A stretch of DNA of 64,000 bases from the IMG/VR virus record IMGVR_UViG_3300036715_004471, positions 372,001 to 436,000 of that record; one strand, given 5' to 3'. Position 1 is the stretch's first letter; each line of letters begins with the position of its first letter. Shown one piece after another: positions 50,773 through 57,416 of this stretch. The translations under genes and the position numbers were made by a program. The notes under the pieces are model-generated. The model saw nothing but the letters and a program-made list of their open reading frames with translations. It did no database searches and had not been told where the DNA came from.

Positions 50773-50777
50773 ATTTA

Positions 50778-50864
50778 GTTATGTTAGAGTCGGTTACGGT
50801 AGATCTTTGCCGTCACTCTCTCTAATCCTAGAGTCAAAGTCTAGATGCTCTTACATTACATAAC
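50778..50864 (-). ncRNA. structured RNA carrying a Gln(TTG)-like anticodon arm
   Basis: GTTATGT/ACATAAC closing stem; CTAGA-CTTTGAC-TCTAG; no canonical T-arm. Confidence 0.45.
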
Positions 50865-50897
50865 AAGGTAACATATTTTCGAAGATATGTTTTCCTT

Positions 50898-50973
50898 TGG
50901 CTCATCCCCTCAGATTCGAACTGAGATATCACGAGTTAACAGCCCGCCTCACGACCAATTGTGATAAGGATGA
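50898..50973 (-). tRNA. tRNA-Asn(GTT)
   Basis: GCGGG-CTGTTAA-CTCGT; GCCA. Confidence 0.9.
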
Positions 50974-50975
50974 AT

Positions 50976-51124
50976 ATATTGACGAGAATTGTAAAGATTC
51001 GCTGCGCCCTGCACTTTTGTCTTGCGACCCACTTGTGCTACCACTCATGCGAGTCTTTGAGTGGATGGGATTCGATACCCATACCATCGAGCATTTTCTA
51101 TGTAATCCTTAACGTATTCACTAT
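50976..51124 (-). ncRNA. Y-RNA-like RNA 2 with permuted tRNA domain
   Basis: GAATACG.TAAGGATTACAT; T-arm, CCACTCA/TGAGTGG, D-arm; CAATTCTCGT. Confidence 0.75.
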
Positions 51125-51126
51125 CA

Positions 51127-51282
51127 ACAATAAACTGAGAGGAACAGCTCTGACAATAATAACCCTCTTGCCAGTCAGCGGAGCTCGTTTACGTTTTACT
51201 TCAAACACGAACAAATTGAAGGTTTTCGGTAATCCATTTCAACCGAGACTGTTTTAACCCATTCCTAATCGCAGCTTACTGC
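51127..51282 (-). ncRNA. unknown multibranched ncRNA
   Basis: 11-bp closing stem GCAGTAAGCTG/CAGTTTATTGT plus internal hairpins; begins right after a tRNA CCA. Confidence 0.55.
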
Positions 51283-51358
51283 TGGCTCCGTGGGTACGAT
51301 TCGAACGTACATATCATTGGTTAACAGCCAATTTCATTGCCAGTTATGATACCACGGA
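51283..51358 (-). tRNA. tRNA-Asn(GTT)
   Basis: ATTGG-CTGTTAA-CCAAT; GCCA. Confidence 0.92.
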
Positions 51359-51362
51359 ATGA

Positions 51363-51420
51363 TGCCAGCGATATGAGTTTAAGCCCACATTCTATTGTCC
51401 CCTATATGGACATACTGACA
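51363..51420 (-). ncRNA. 58-nt three-helix mini tRNA-like element
   Basis: TGTCAGT/GCTGGCA; TGTCC-7nt-GGACA; T-like arm. Confidence 0.4.
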
Positions 51421-51467
51421 AAGAAAAGTCAACGAGTATATATATCTAGAATAATAGTCATTGACGT

Positions 51468-51683
51468 CTAGTCTTCAACTTTCATTTCATCGATTATGAG
51501 ATATCTTCCCTGAGATACCCATAACGTTGATCTGTCTCTGGTCCAAGGACTTGCATGTGGTAAGTCCTTGCAATCTTGCTCGATATATTCTTCAACGTAT
51601 TTCTCGGCTGATTCGAAAGATTTGAATGCCTTTTGAATATCACTACCTTCGTAATCATAGCCCAAAGATACTAAAAAGATCAT
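51468..51683 (-). CDS. small hypothetical protein
   Basis: 71-aa ORF inside the tRNA array. Confidence 0.5.
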   Translation of the reverse strand: MIFLVSLGYDYEGSDIQKAFKSFESAEKYVEEYIEQDCKDLPHASPWTRDRSTLWVSQGRYLIIDEMKVED

Positions 51684-51697
51684 AAATCAACTTTCTT

Positions 51698-51773
51698 TGG
51701 TCGGGGACACGGGATTTGAACCCACACCACATGATTCCGGATCACGTACGCTACCAAGTTACGCCAATCCCCG
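51698..51773 (-). tRNA. tRNA-Pro(CGG), C33/A37
   Basis: CGTGA-TCCGGAA-TCATG; C1-G72, ACCA. Confidence 0.82.
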
Positions 51774-51776
51774 ATA

Positions 51777-51850
51777 TCAAAATACGTCAGGAATCGAACC
51801 TGAACTGTGGGGTGATTACCCCAATCCTGCCCTTAGACGACATATTTTGA
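51777..51850 (-). ncRNA. anticodon-less tRNA
   Basis: Normal D and T arms; GGGGT-AATC-ACCCC; 10-bp terminal stem; no CCA. Confidence 0.7.
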
Positions 51851-51851
51851 T

Positions 51852-51927
51852 TGGTCGGGGAACTCAGATTTGAACTGAGACTACATGCTTCCTGAGCACG
51901 GATGCTACCAGATTACAACATTCCCCG
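51852..51927 (-). tRNA. tRNA-Pro(AGG), C33/A37
   Basis: CGTGC-TCAGGAA-GCATG; ACCA. Confidence 0.8.
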
Positions 51928-51930
51928 ATT

Positions 51931-52006
51931 TTGACGACAAAATGAAATAAGTTATTTTGATTCGGTTTATAAGACTGAAATGTAAACCTAATTTCTCATT
52001 CGTCAA
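51931..52006 (-). ncRNA. Y-RNA-like RNA 3 (short)
   Basis: TTGACGA/TCGTCAA; AATGA...TAGGTTTACAT. Confidence 0.72.
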
Positions 52007-52007
52007 T

Positions 52008-52083
52008 TGGTCGGGAATGCCGGATTTGAACCGACACAAGATGATTCCAGATCACCGAGACTACCAAATTATCATAATTCCCG
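52008..52083 (-). tRNA. tRNA-Pro(TGG), C33/A37
   Basis: GGTGA-TCTGGAA-TCATC; ACCA. Confidence 0.82.
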
Positions 52084-52104
52084 AAAATATAACCCCATGG
52101 TTAT

Positions 52105-52189
52105 TGGCGGATCTGGAGAGACTCGAACTCTCGATGGGTTTCCCCGACTGGTTAAGAGCCAGCTGTTATTGCCACTAAACGACAGATCC
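52105..52189 (-). tRNA. tRNA-Lys(CTT) with long variable arm
   Basis: GCTGG-CTCTTAA-CCAGT; GGG-GAAA-CCC extra arm; GCCA. Confidence 0.85.
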
Positions 52190-52197
52190 ATTCTTAA

Positions 52198-52345
52198 AGA
52201 CAACAAAAATTGAAAGTTATCACGCCTTTCGGCTTCAACGCGTTTGCCTTTTCGCCACCACCAACAGTAAGTCGATGGGAGGGACTCGAACCCTCAAACC
52301 TTTTCAGATATTGATTTTAATATGTAAACCTTCTGACATTTGTCT
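52198..52345 (-). ncRNA. Y-RNA-like RNA 4 with permuted tRNA domain
   Basis: AGACAAATGTCAGAAGGTTTACAT; GAGGG-TTCGAGT-CCCTC; CCATCGAC/GTTGGTGG; D-arm; CAATTTTTGTTGTCT. Confidence 0.8.
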
Positions 52346-52354
52346 AGAAGAAGC

Positions 52355-52430
52355 TGGTCGAGCATATTGGATTTGAACCACCCTACATCGCCCCAAACGA
52401 CGTGTGCAACCAGGCTACACTTTATGCTCG
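52355..52430 (-). tRNA. tRNA-Pro(TGG), imperfect T-stem
   Basis: CGTCG-TTTGGGG-CGATG; ACCA. Confidence 0.75.
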
Positions 52431-52777
52431 ATTAATTTTTCTTCATAATGCTCTATTCTGTGGCAATTTGCACACAGAACTTTACATTTAGAAATCTCAT
52501 TCATAATCTTTTCTTTAGACTTACCACTTTGTACTAGATTAGTTACTTCTGTAAGTTTTTGTGTTGGATCTATGTGATGGAAATCTAAAACTCTCCAATC
52601 ACTAATCTCACATTTGAGTAACTTCCTATACTCTATAAACCATTCTCTTTTTTCTTTACGAATACGATATTTCGTGGCTTTATCTTTTTTCTTATAATCT
52701 TCTCTGTGCTTATTGTTTTCATACCATTGTCTCCAATAAGCTCGTCTTTCTTCAACGCTGTTAAATTTCTTAGCCAT
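52415..52777 (-). CDS. HNH endonuclease
   Basis: VLDFHHIDP...EISKCKVLCANCHR; stop inside tRNA-Pro. Confidence 0.82.
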   Translation of the reverse strand: MAKKFNSVEERRAYWRQWYENNKHREDYKKKDKATKYRIRKEKREWFIEYRKLLKCEISDWRVLDFHHIDPTQKLTEVTNLVQSGKSKEKIMNEISKCKVLCANCHRIEHYEEKLIEHKV

Positions 52778-52795
52778 GCTAAGAATATATCAGCT

Positions 52796-52874
52796 TGGTC
52801 GGGCATGCTGGATTTGAACCAGCAAAATCTCCTGTACCCAAAACAGGCGCGATACCAGATTACGCTAATGCCCG
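52796..52874 (-). tRNA. tRNA-Pro(TGG)
   Basis: CCTGT-TTTGGGT-ACAGG; ACCA. Confidence 0.92.
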
Positions 52875-52927
52875 ATCTATATTGTTTCATTCCCGCATCA
52901 AAAAGCGCAGAAACAATTAAACTGCCT

Positions 52928-53014
52928 TGGTCCCCCATAGTGGAATCGAACCACATAGCACATAGGCACTCGTTTTACAGACGAGGGATCCTCCCAGGGA
53001 TCTAGTTACAGGGG
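52928..53014 (-). tRNA. tRNA-Tyr(GTA), possible 8/4 fold
   Basis: CTCGT-CTGTAAA-ACGAG; CCCCTGTA/TATGGGGG; GTGG/CCAC T-stem. Confidence 0.8.
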
Positions 53015-53103
53015 ATAATTTCAACTGATTGTGTGGCGCCCGACATTCAGTAGGAGCACATAATCGCCTGGTGTCCCTACTTATTCAATTGAAGTTAAAC
53101 TTA

Positions 53104-53160
53104 GCTGACAAAAATTGATAAGTTTTTACAACCCAAATGTAAACCTATCGAGCATTCAGC
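53104..53160 (-). ncRNA. Y-RNA-like RNA 5 (minimal, 57 nt)
   Basis: GCTGAATGCTCGATAGGTTTACAT...AACTTATCAATTTTTGTCAGC. Confidence 0.75.
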
Positions 53161-53236
53161 TGGAGTCGAAAGTAGGAATCGAACCTACTGTGACAGTTTT
53201 GCAGACTGTTCCTCAAAGCCATCGAGGACTTTCGAC
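53161..53236 (-). tRNA. tRNA-Cys(GCA)
   Basis: ACAGT-CTGCAAA-ACTGT; TCCA. Confidence 0.88.
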
Positions 53237-53288
53237 TTATCAAGGCTCTCGCCTTGGTCCAACCACCGAAGTGAATTGGGGGATGTTA

Positions 53289-53350
53289 GACGACAAAAAT
53301 TGAATAAGATGTTGTTTATCCTAAAATGTAATCCTATTCTAGCATTCGTC
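53289..53350 (-). ncRNA. Y-RNA-like RNA 6 (minimal)
   Basis: GACGAATGCTAGAATAGGATTACAT...ATCTTATTCAATTTTTGTCGTC. Confidence 0.75.
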
Positions 53351-53351
53351 A

Positions 53352-53425
53352 TGGTTGGGATGTATGGATTCGAACCATAATAAGAAGATTCAAAGTCTTC
53401 TGTCCTGCCGTTGAACGACACCCCA
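53352..53425 (-). tRNA. tRNA-Gln(TTG)
   Basis: GAAGA-CTTTGAA-TCTTC; CCA. Confidence 0.92.
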
Positions 53426-53429
53426 ATAA

Positions 53430-53870
53430 TTATCTACCCAATCTCCACCAACCAAAATCTTTAGCAGTTTTTCTTCTGTGACAATTTGCGCATCTAACAA
53501 CACATTTAGATATTTCTAAAGCTATTTTATCTAAGGATGCGCAATCATTAATCATACTGGAAATGCTGCATTCTTTATTTTCAAGATGATCAAAATCCAA
53601 AACAATCAAATCTTTTTCACCACAATCCACACAACCATTTTTTAGATGTGAAACAATAAAATCTTGTATTAAAGGCTTTAATGTTTCTTTTCTATTATAA
53701 ATACGTTGTTTTACTTTTTCAGTATTAAGTAAGTAATGTTTCTTACCATTTTCTAAATTGCACAACTTACAAAGATTTTGTCTTCCATCTTTAGATAATT
53801 TCTTTTTGTTAAAATCATCTAGCGATTTTTTATCTTTACAGATTGTACAAACTTTGAATTCTTCACTCAT
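53430..53870 (-). CDS. HNH endonuclease
   Basis: CVDCGE...LDFDH...EISKCVVRCANCHR. Confidence 0.88.
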   Translation of the reverse strand: MSEEFKVCTICKDKKSLDDFNKKKLSKDGRQNLCKLCNLENGKKHYLLNTEKVKQRIYNRKETLKPLIQDFIVSHLKNGCVDCGEKDLIVLDFDHLENKECSISSMINDCASLDKIALEISKCVVRCANCHRRKTAKDFGWWRLGR

Positions 53871-53906
53871 AACTTTGATATCAAAGTATTAGTAGTTTTC
53901 AAAGTT

Positions 53907-53978
53907 TGGTTGCGACGGCAAGATTCGAACTTGCGGGGGCTGGCTTATGAGACCTGCTTGAATCCAATTCTCATCACA
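53907..53978 (-). tRNA. tRNA-Met(CAT), initiator-like body, reduced D-arm
   Basis: GGT-CTCATAA-GCC; CGCAACCA end. Confidence 0.7.
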
Positions 53979-53982
53979 ATAG

Positions 53983-54071
53983 TGGTTGCAACAGTAAGAC
54001 ATTACCACTTACGGTCTCCCCCAGATGAACGGGAGGCGGGAGGCGGGATATGTATTCTTCCCTATATTGCA
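53983..54071 (-). ncRNA. atypical tRNA-like RNA (CAT in loop, 7-nt duplication, 9-nt T-loop)
   Basis: TGCAATA/TGTTGCA-ACCA; GGGA/TCCC; GTAAG/CTTAC. Confidence 0.5.
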
Positions 54072-54149
54072 TGGTTGCGGGGGCTGGAGTCGAACCAACT
54101 ATTACAAGGCTTATGAGACCTGTGTGATATTCCGTTTCACTCTCCCACA
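54072..54149 (-). tRNA. tRNA-Met(CAT), initiator-like body
   Basis: AGGT-CTCATAA-GCCT; CGCAACCA end. Confidence 0.82.
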
Positions 54150-54153
54150 ATAT

Positions 54154-54230
54154 TGGGGTGTCGTACGAGTTTCGATCTCGCCTAAGATTGATTCACAGTC
54201 AATCGGGGTCACCAGCTCCCTCACGACACC
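54154..54230 (-). tRNA. tRNA-His(GTG)
   Basis: ATTGA-CTGTGAA-TCAAT; encoded G-1 and C73. Confidence 0.9.
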
Positions 54231-54326
54231 ATAATATTTAAAAAAGTACTTCATGAACACCCGCAATTTATAACTGCTCAGTTTGTAACAAGATATCCTT
54301 GTTCACCACACCTTTTTTAAATACAG

Positions 54327-54394
54327 CAGGATGGGAGGGAATCGAACCCTCTTCCAGAGGGTTGGAGGCTCTGTTGCGCCCTGCACTCCATCCT
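54327..54394 (-). tRNA. tRNA-Trp(CCA), short D-arm, no CCA
   Basis: CAGAG-CCTCCAACC-CTCTG; A1-U72, G73. Confidence 0.7.
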
Positions 54395-54396
54395 AT

Positions 54397-54448
54397 ATCG
54401 TCTCTCCGATTGTCATGCCTAGATCGATTGATCGGCGGCATTCCCTTG
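54397..54448 (-). ncRNA. two-hairpin RNA motif, copy 2 (possibly abiF-like)
   Basis: AGGGA-ATGCC...GGCAT-GACA-ATCG-GAGAGA-CGAT. Confidence 0.5.
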
Positions 54449-54449
54449 A

Positions 54450-54524
54450 TGGTGGGGCAGCTTGGACTTTAACCAAGGACCTCAACTCTTACTGAGTTGC
54501 GCTCTTTCGCTGAGCTAATGCCCC
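54450..54524 (-). ncRNA. atypical tRNA with collapsed anticodon loop
   Basis: CAACTC-AGTAA-GAGTTG; D-loop lacks GG; T-loop TTAAAGT; ACCA. Confidence 0.55.
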
Positions 54525-54528
54525 ATTG

Positions 54529-54600
54529 CACCTCTAGTAGGACTCGAACCTACAACATTCGGTTTAGAATACCGACACTCTTCCATTGAGTTATAGAGGC
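54529..54600 (-). tRNA. tRNA-Arg(TCT)
   Basis: TCGGT-ATTCTAA-ACCGA; A20; ends GCAA. Confidence 0.88.
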
Positions 54601-54605
54601 ATATC

Positions 54606-54710
54606 GTATTGACGAATATTGAAGAAATTTTTTCCTGTCACCGGACATCACGGAGTCGAACCGTCACGGATTGTTTCCTATACAATGTAATTCCCTCGAG
54701 CATTCAATAC
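54606..54710 (-). ncRNA. Y-RNA-like RNA 7 (T-arm only)
   Basis: GTATTGAATGCTCGAGGGAATTACAT; ACGG-TTCGACT-CCGT; CAATATTCGTCAATAC. Confidence 0.75.
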
Positions 54711-54799
54711 AAACTTTTTAAAATCTGTGTATCTACTATATCATCTTATTGATATGTTGGAACGTTTTTTGTTTTCTTTCGTCGTCCCAGGTGACTCAT

Positions 54800-54827
54800 A
54801 CTATAACACCGTTGATGGGACCGTCAA
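54800..54827 (-). promoter_or_regulatory. sigma70-like promoter heading the tRNA/ncRNA array
   Basis: TTGACG-N16-TATAGT with TG extension and upstream A-tract. Confidence 0.6.
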
Positions 54828-54933
54828 CATCCGGCTTATTTTTTTCTTTTTCGTCGGCGTCTCCGCCGCGTCGTTGCATCAACCGCCCGGCGACCGTAGT
54901 TGATGGGAGCCGACGGGCGTCCGAAAATTTCAA

Positions 54934-55413
54934 TCAACCTTTTAGATGAGTGATTTTAGATACCAGTTTTTCTAATTCTTGTTCTGCAAGATATAACTGA
55001 TACTTCTTATCAGCCTCGACATATTCTGCATATTTGCGCTGATACTCTTCTTCTTCTGCATCATGTGCGGCTTGCCAGGCTTGAGCATCTACTTGTGTTC
55101 TATGTTCAACAGAAATCCCAACATGAATTATATCCCTATCTCTTGATAGAGATATAATTATATCTTTGGGGTTTTTGCCTTTAGCTAAATCAAGTAAGTC
55201 TTGTAAAGTATACAAGTTAGTATCATAATTCCATGCATGTACGCCGGCAGGAAGTTCATCATTATTGCGATAATTATCGTAATCTTCTTCGCTTTCTATC
55301 CAACGTTCTATACATTCAGGATGAACATAAGTTTTACTGTCTAATGTCTCAGACTCATATTCTGGCAAACAAATATATTTACAAGATTTGAATGGTTCTT
55401 TAGGTTTTTCCAT
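54934..55413 (-). CDS. hypothetical protein
   Basis: 159-aa ORF. Confidence 0.55.
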   Translation of the reverse strand: MEKPKEPFKSCKYICLPEYESETLDSKTYVHPECIERWIESEEDYDNYRNNDELPAGVHAWNYDTNLYTLQDLLDLAKGKNPKDIIISLSRDRDIIHVGISVEHRTQVDAQAWQAAHDAEEEEYQRKYAEYVEADKKYQLYLAEQELEKLVSKITHLKG

Positions 55414-55430
55414 GTATACTTTACCAAATC

Positions 55431-56105
55431 TTAAATATCACATTTATGTAAACTAGCAGCAAACTCTTTCAAATCATCTAAACTACCAACAAACACATCA
55501 CGATCAACATTGCCATGAATACCTGGTACATGAAGTATAGTATCACCAGCAGCAGCTTGATCACCACTTCTTTGCCAAAACTTCCAGCTCAAATCTTTCC
55601 AAACACTTGGCACATATTTATCCGGATTTTTCGTATAAGCAGCCAACCATAATGGAAAATGTGACAACCTAGTTATTTCATCCTCGCTTGGATTACCATC
55701 ATGAGAACTCCAAAATGGTCCGCCAGTATAAACTATTGGAGTCACTCCAGTTTGAGATTCTACTCTTTCTAGCCATGCAAGATTCCATTGTACAAATGAT
55801 TCTCCGGCAATTGAAGAAGTTTCTACATCTAAAACTAACATGTCTGTTGGATCAAGATCACCTAAAACAGACAAAAAATGATCTGCCTCAGCTACTGGAT
55901 CATTTTTTAATCTAGCAAAATGATAGGCGCCCCTAACAAAACCACGGTCCTTGACCGCCTGCCAATTCTTCTGAAATTGAGGATCAACAAAAGTAACACC
56001 TTCAGTAGTCTTACAAAATACATAGTTAACCAATTGGGATGCGACAACCGTATCCCAATTGATTGTACCTTGAGCACTTGATACATCAATACCTATTAAA
56101 TCCAT
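55431..56105 (-). CDS. GH25 muramidase (endolysin-like)
   Basis: GIDVS..QG.INW, KTTEG, GAYHF, LDVE, LWLAAY, WKFWQ, VDRD. Confidence 0.92.
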   Translation of the reverse strand: MDLIGIDVSSAQGTINWDTVVASQLVNYVFCKTTEGVTFVDPQFQKNWQAVKDRGFVRGAYHFARLKNDPVAEADHFLSVLGDLDPTDMLVLDVETSSIAGESFVQWNLAWLERVESQTGVTPIVYTGGPFWSSHDGNPSEDEITRLSHFPLWLAAYTKNPDKYVPSVWKDLSWKFWQRSGDQAAAGDTILHVPGIHGNVDRDVFVGSLDDLKEFAASLHKCDI

Positions 56106-56147
56106 ATCTATTCTCCTTAGAGTAGATACGAATAATTTCATAGATTA

Positions 56148-56840
56148 TCAGGGATTAAAAAATCCTGAACCACCACCAACACGGAATCTAGTAGTAGCTG
56201 CTGACGATGTAGCATACAGTTTTTTGGTTCCAGCAGAAGTAGCCTCATATTGCAATGTATTGTCCTTAGCTACCCCTAATGAGGCGCCAGCACCGAAAGC
56301 ATCAATATTAGCTCCCATGAACACAAATTCCCAATTATACTTAGATTTTTGATGATCAATCATTTCCTTAATGCGCTCAAGAGGATATTTCAAATCATTA
56401 AAACGAGGAACAGATCCGTTCTTATAGAATCCTTTAGAAGGCATAGCCACGGCACCATCTTTAAGAAGATGGCTAGAATTTTCCTCACCATCAGTAATGA
56501 TCAAGAATAAAATCTTAGATGGTCTGTCTTCTTCTTTCATATTGGATAATTTTTCGCCCAACTTATCAACAGATAAGCCAACAGCATCTAATAATGCAGT
56601 TCCTCCAGAAGCTTTATAAGTTTTATTGTTTAATAGTGGAACAGAAGCTAGTGGAATATAATCGTGCACGATATCTGGCTTTGTATTGAAAATACAAAGC
56701 GAAACCATTGCTTCACCTGGCGCCGCTTGCTGATCTGTAAGAAATTGGTTCACTCCACCAATAGTATCATTAACTAATGGTGCCATTGAACCACTACCGT
56801 CTAGAAGAATATTAATTGAAGTTAAATTTGGTTTTGTCAT
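56148..56840 (-). CDS. von Willebrand factor A domain protein
   Basis: LDGSGSM MIDAS, GGTALLDA, ITDGEENSS, FMGAN. Confidence 0.9.
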   Translation of the reverse strand: MTKPNLTSINILLDGSGSMAPLVNDTIGGVNQFLTDQQAAPGEAMVSLCIFNTKPDIVHDYIPLASVPLLNNKTYKASGGTALLDAVGLSVDKLGEKLSNMKEEDRPSKILFLIITDGEENSSHLLKDGAVAMPSKGFYKNGSVPRFNDLKYPLERIKEMIDHQKSKYNWEFVFMGANIDAFGAGASLGVAKDNTLQYEATSAGTKKLYATSSAATTRFRVGGGSGFFNP

Positions 56841-57373
56841 ATTATTCCTTTGTTGTTTGACAGATCTTCTATAGCTTCTGTCATATGGTAATATAAAGTA
56901 TCTTTTTTGTCAGCGTATGAGTTTTTATCCTGCATCCACTGTCTTATGATTTTATCTTTTTGTTTTTCAACAGCCTTGAATACCCATTCAGGCGTTTGAT
57001 AATAATTACAATATTCTTGCAATTCAATTGCTGGTAAAGTATATTCAGCTCGTCCCTGAGCCCACATTTTTATCTGTAAGTTGACCGAAGCTTTACAAGT
57101 AAGCAATTCAACCAACAACTGAGGCTCCGAACATGAACCACATTTACCTTCACTATCTATTTTGTAAAAACATATCTTGGCATTCTTGCCGGCTTCAGAA
57201 TAAGTAATATTAAATGGAATTTCTTTTTCTTCTTCATCAAGCCCGGGTAAATCTCCTGGAAATTGAATACCAAAATCAGATTTAATGTCGGATCCAGAAA
57301 AAGTAAAAGTATCTTTTTGAGAGAGATAAAACTGGTAATCTCTTTCAAACTGTGGACTAAATTTGATTTTCAT
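56837..57373 (-). CDS. hypothetical protein
   Basis: 178-aa ORF. Confidence 0.55.
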   Translation of the reverse strand: MKIKFSPQFERDYQFYLSQKDTFTFSGSDIKSDFGIQFPGDLPGLDEEEKEIPFNITYSEAGKNAKICFYKIDSEGKCGSCSEPQLLVELLTCKASVNLQIKMWAQGRAEYTLPAIELQEYCNYYQTPEWVFKAVEKQKDKIIRQWMQDKNSYADKKDTLYYHMTEAIEDLSNNKGII

Positions 57374-57416
57374 AATCTAGTTTCTTAATTTCATATCAAT
57401 AAATACATATATAACT

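Noticed and set aside
35956-53870. Group I introns or HDV-like theta ribozymes around the tRNAs and HNH genes
   Set aside because: The tRNAs are uninterrupted, and I could not identify intron core elements or an HDV-like fold by eye; an Infernal search is needed to exclude them
47488-54710. CRISPR array reading of the repeated TTACAT module
   Set aside because: Copies are irregularly spaced, divergent, bipartite and base-paired; no cas genes in the window
47758-54949. Short ORFs overlapping the tRNA array (e.g. 47758, 48911, 49831, 50897, 52007, 52633, 53185, 53910, 54025)
   Set aside because: Translations of tRNA or ncRNA sequence with no protein motifs
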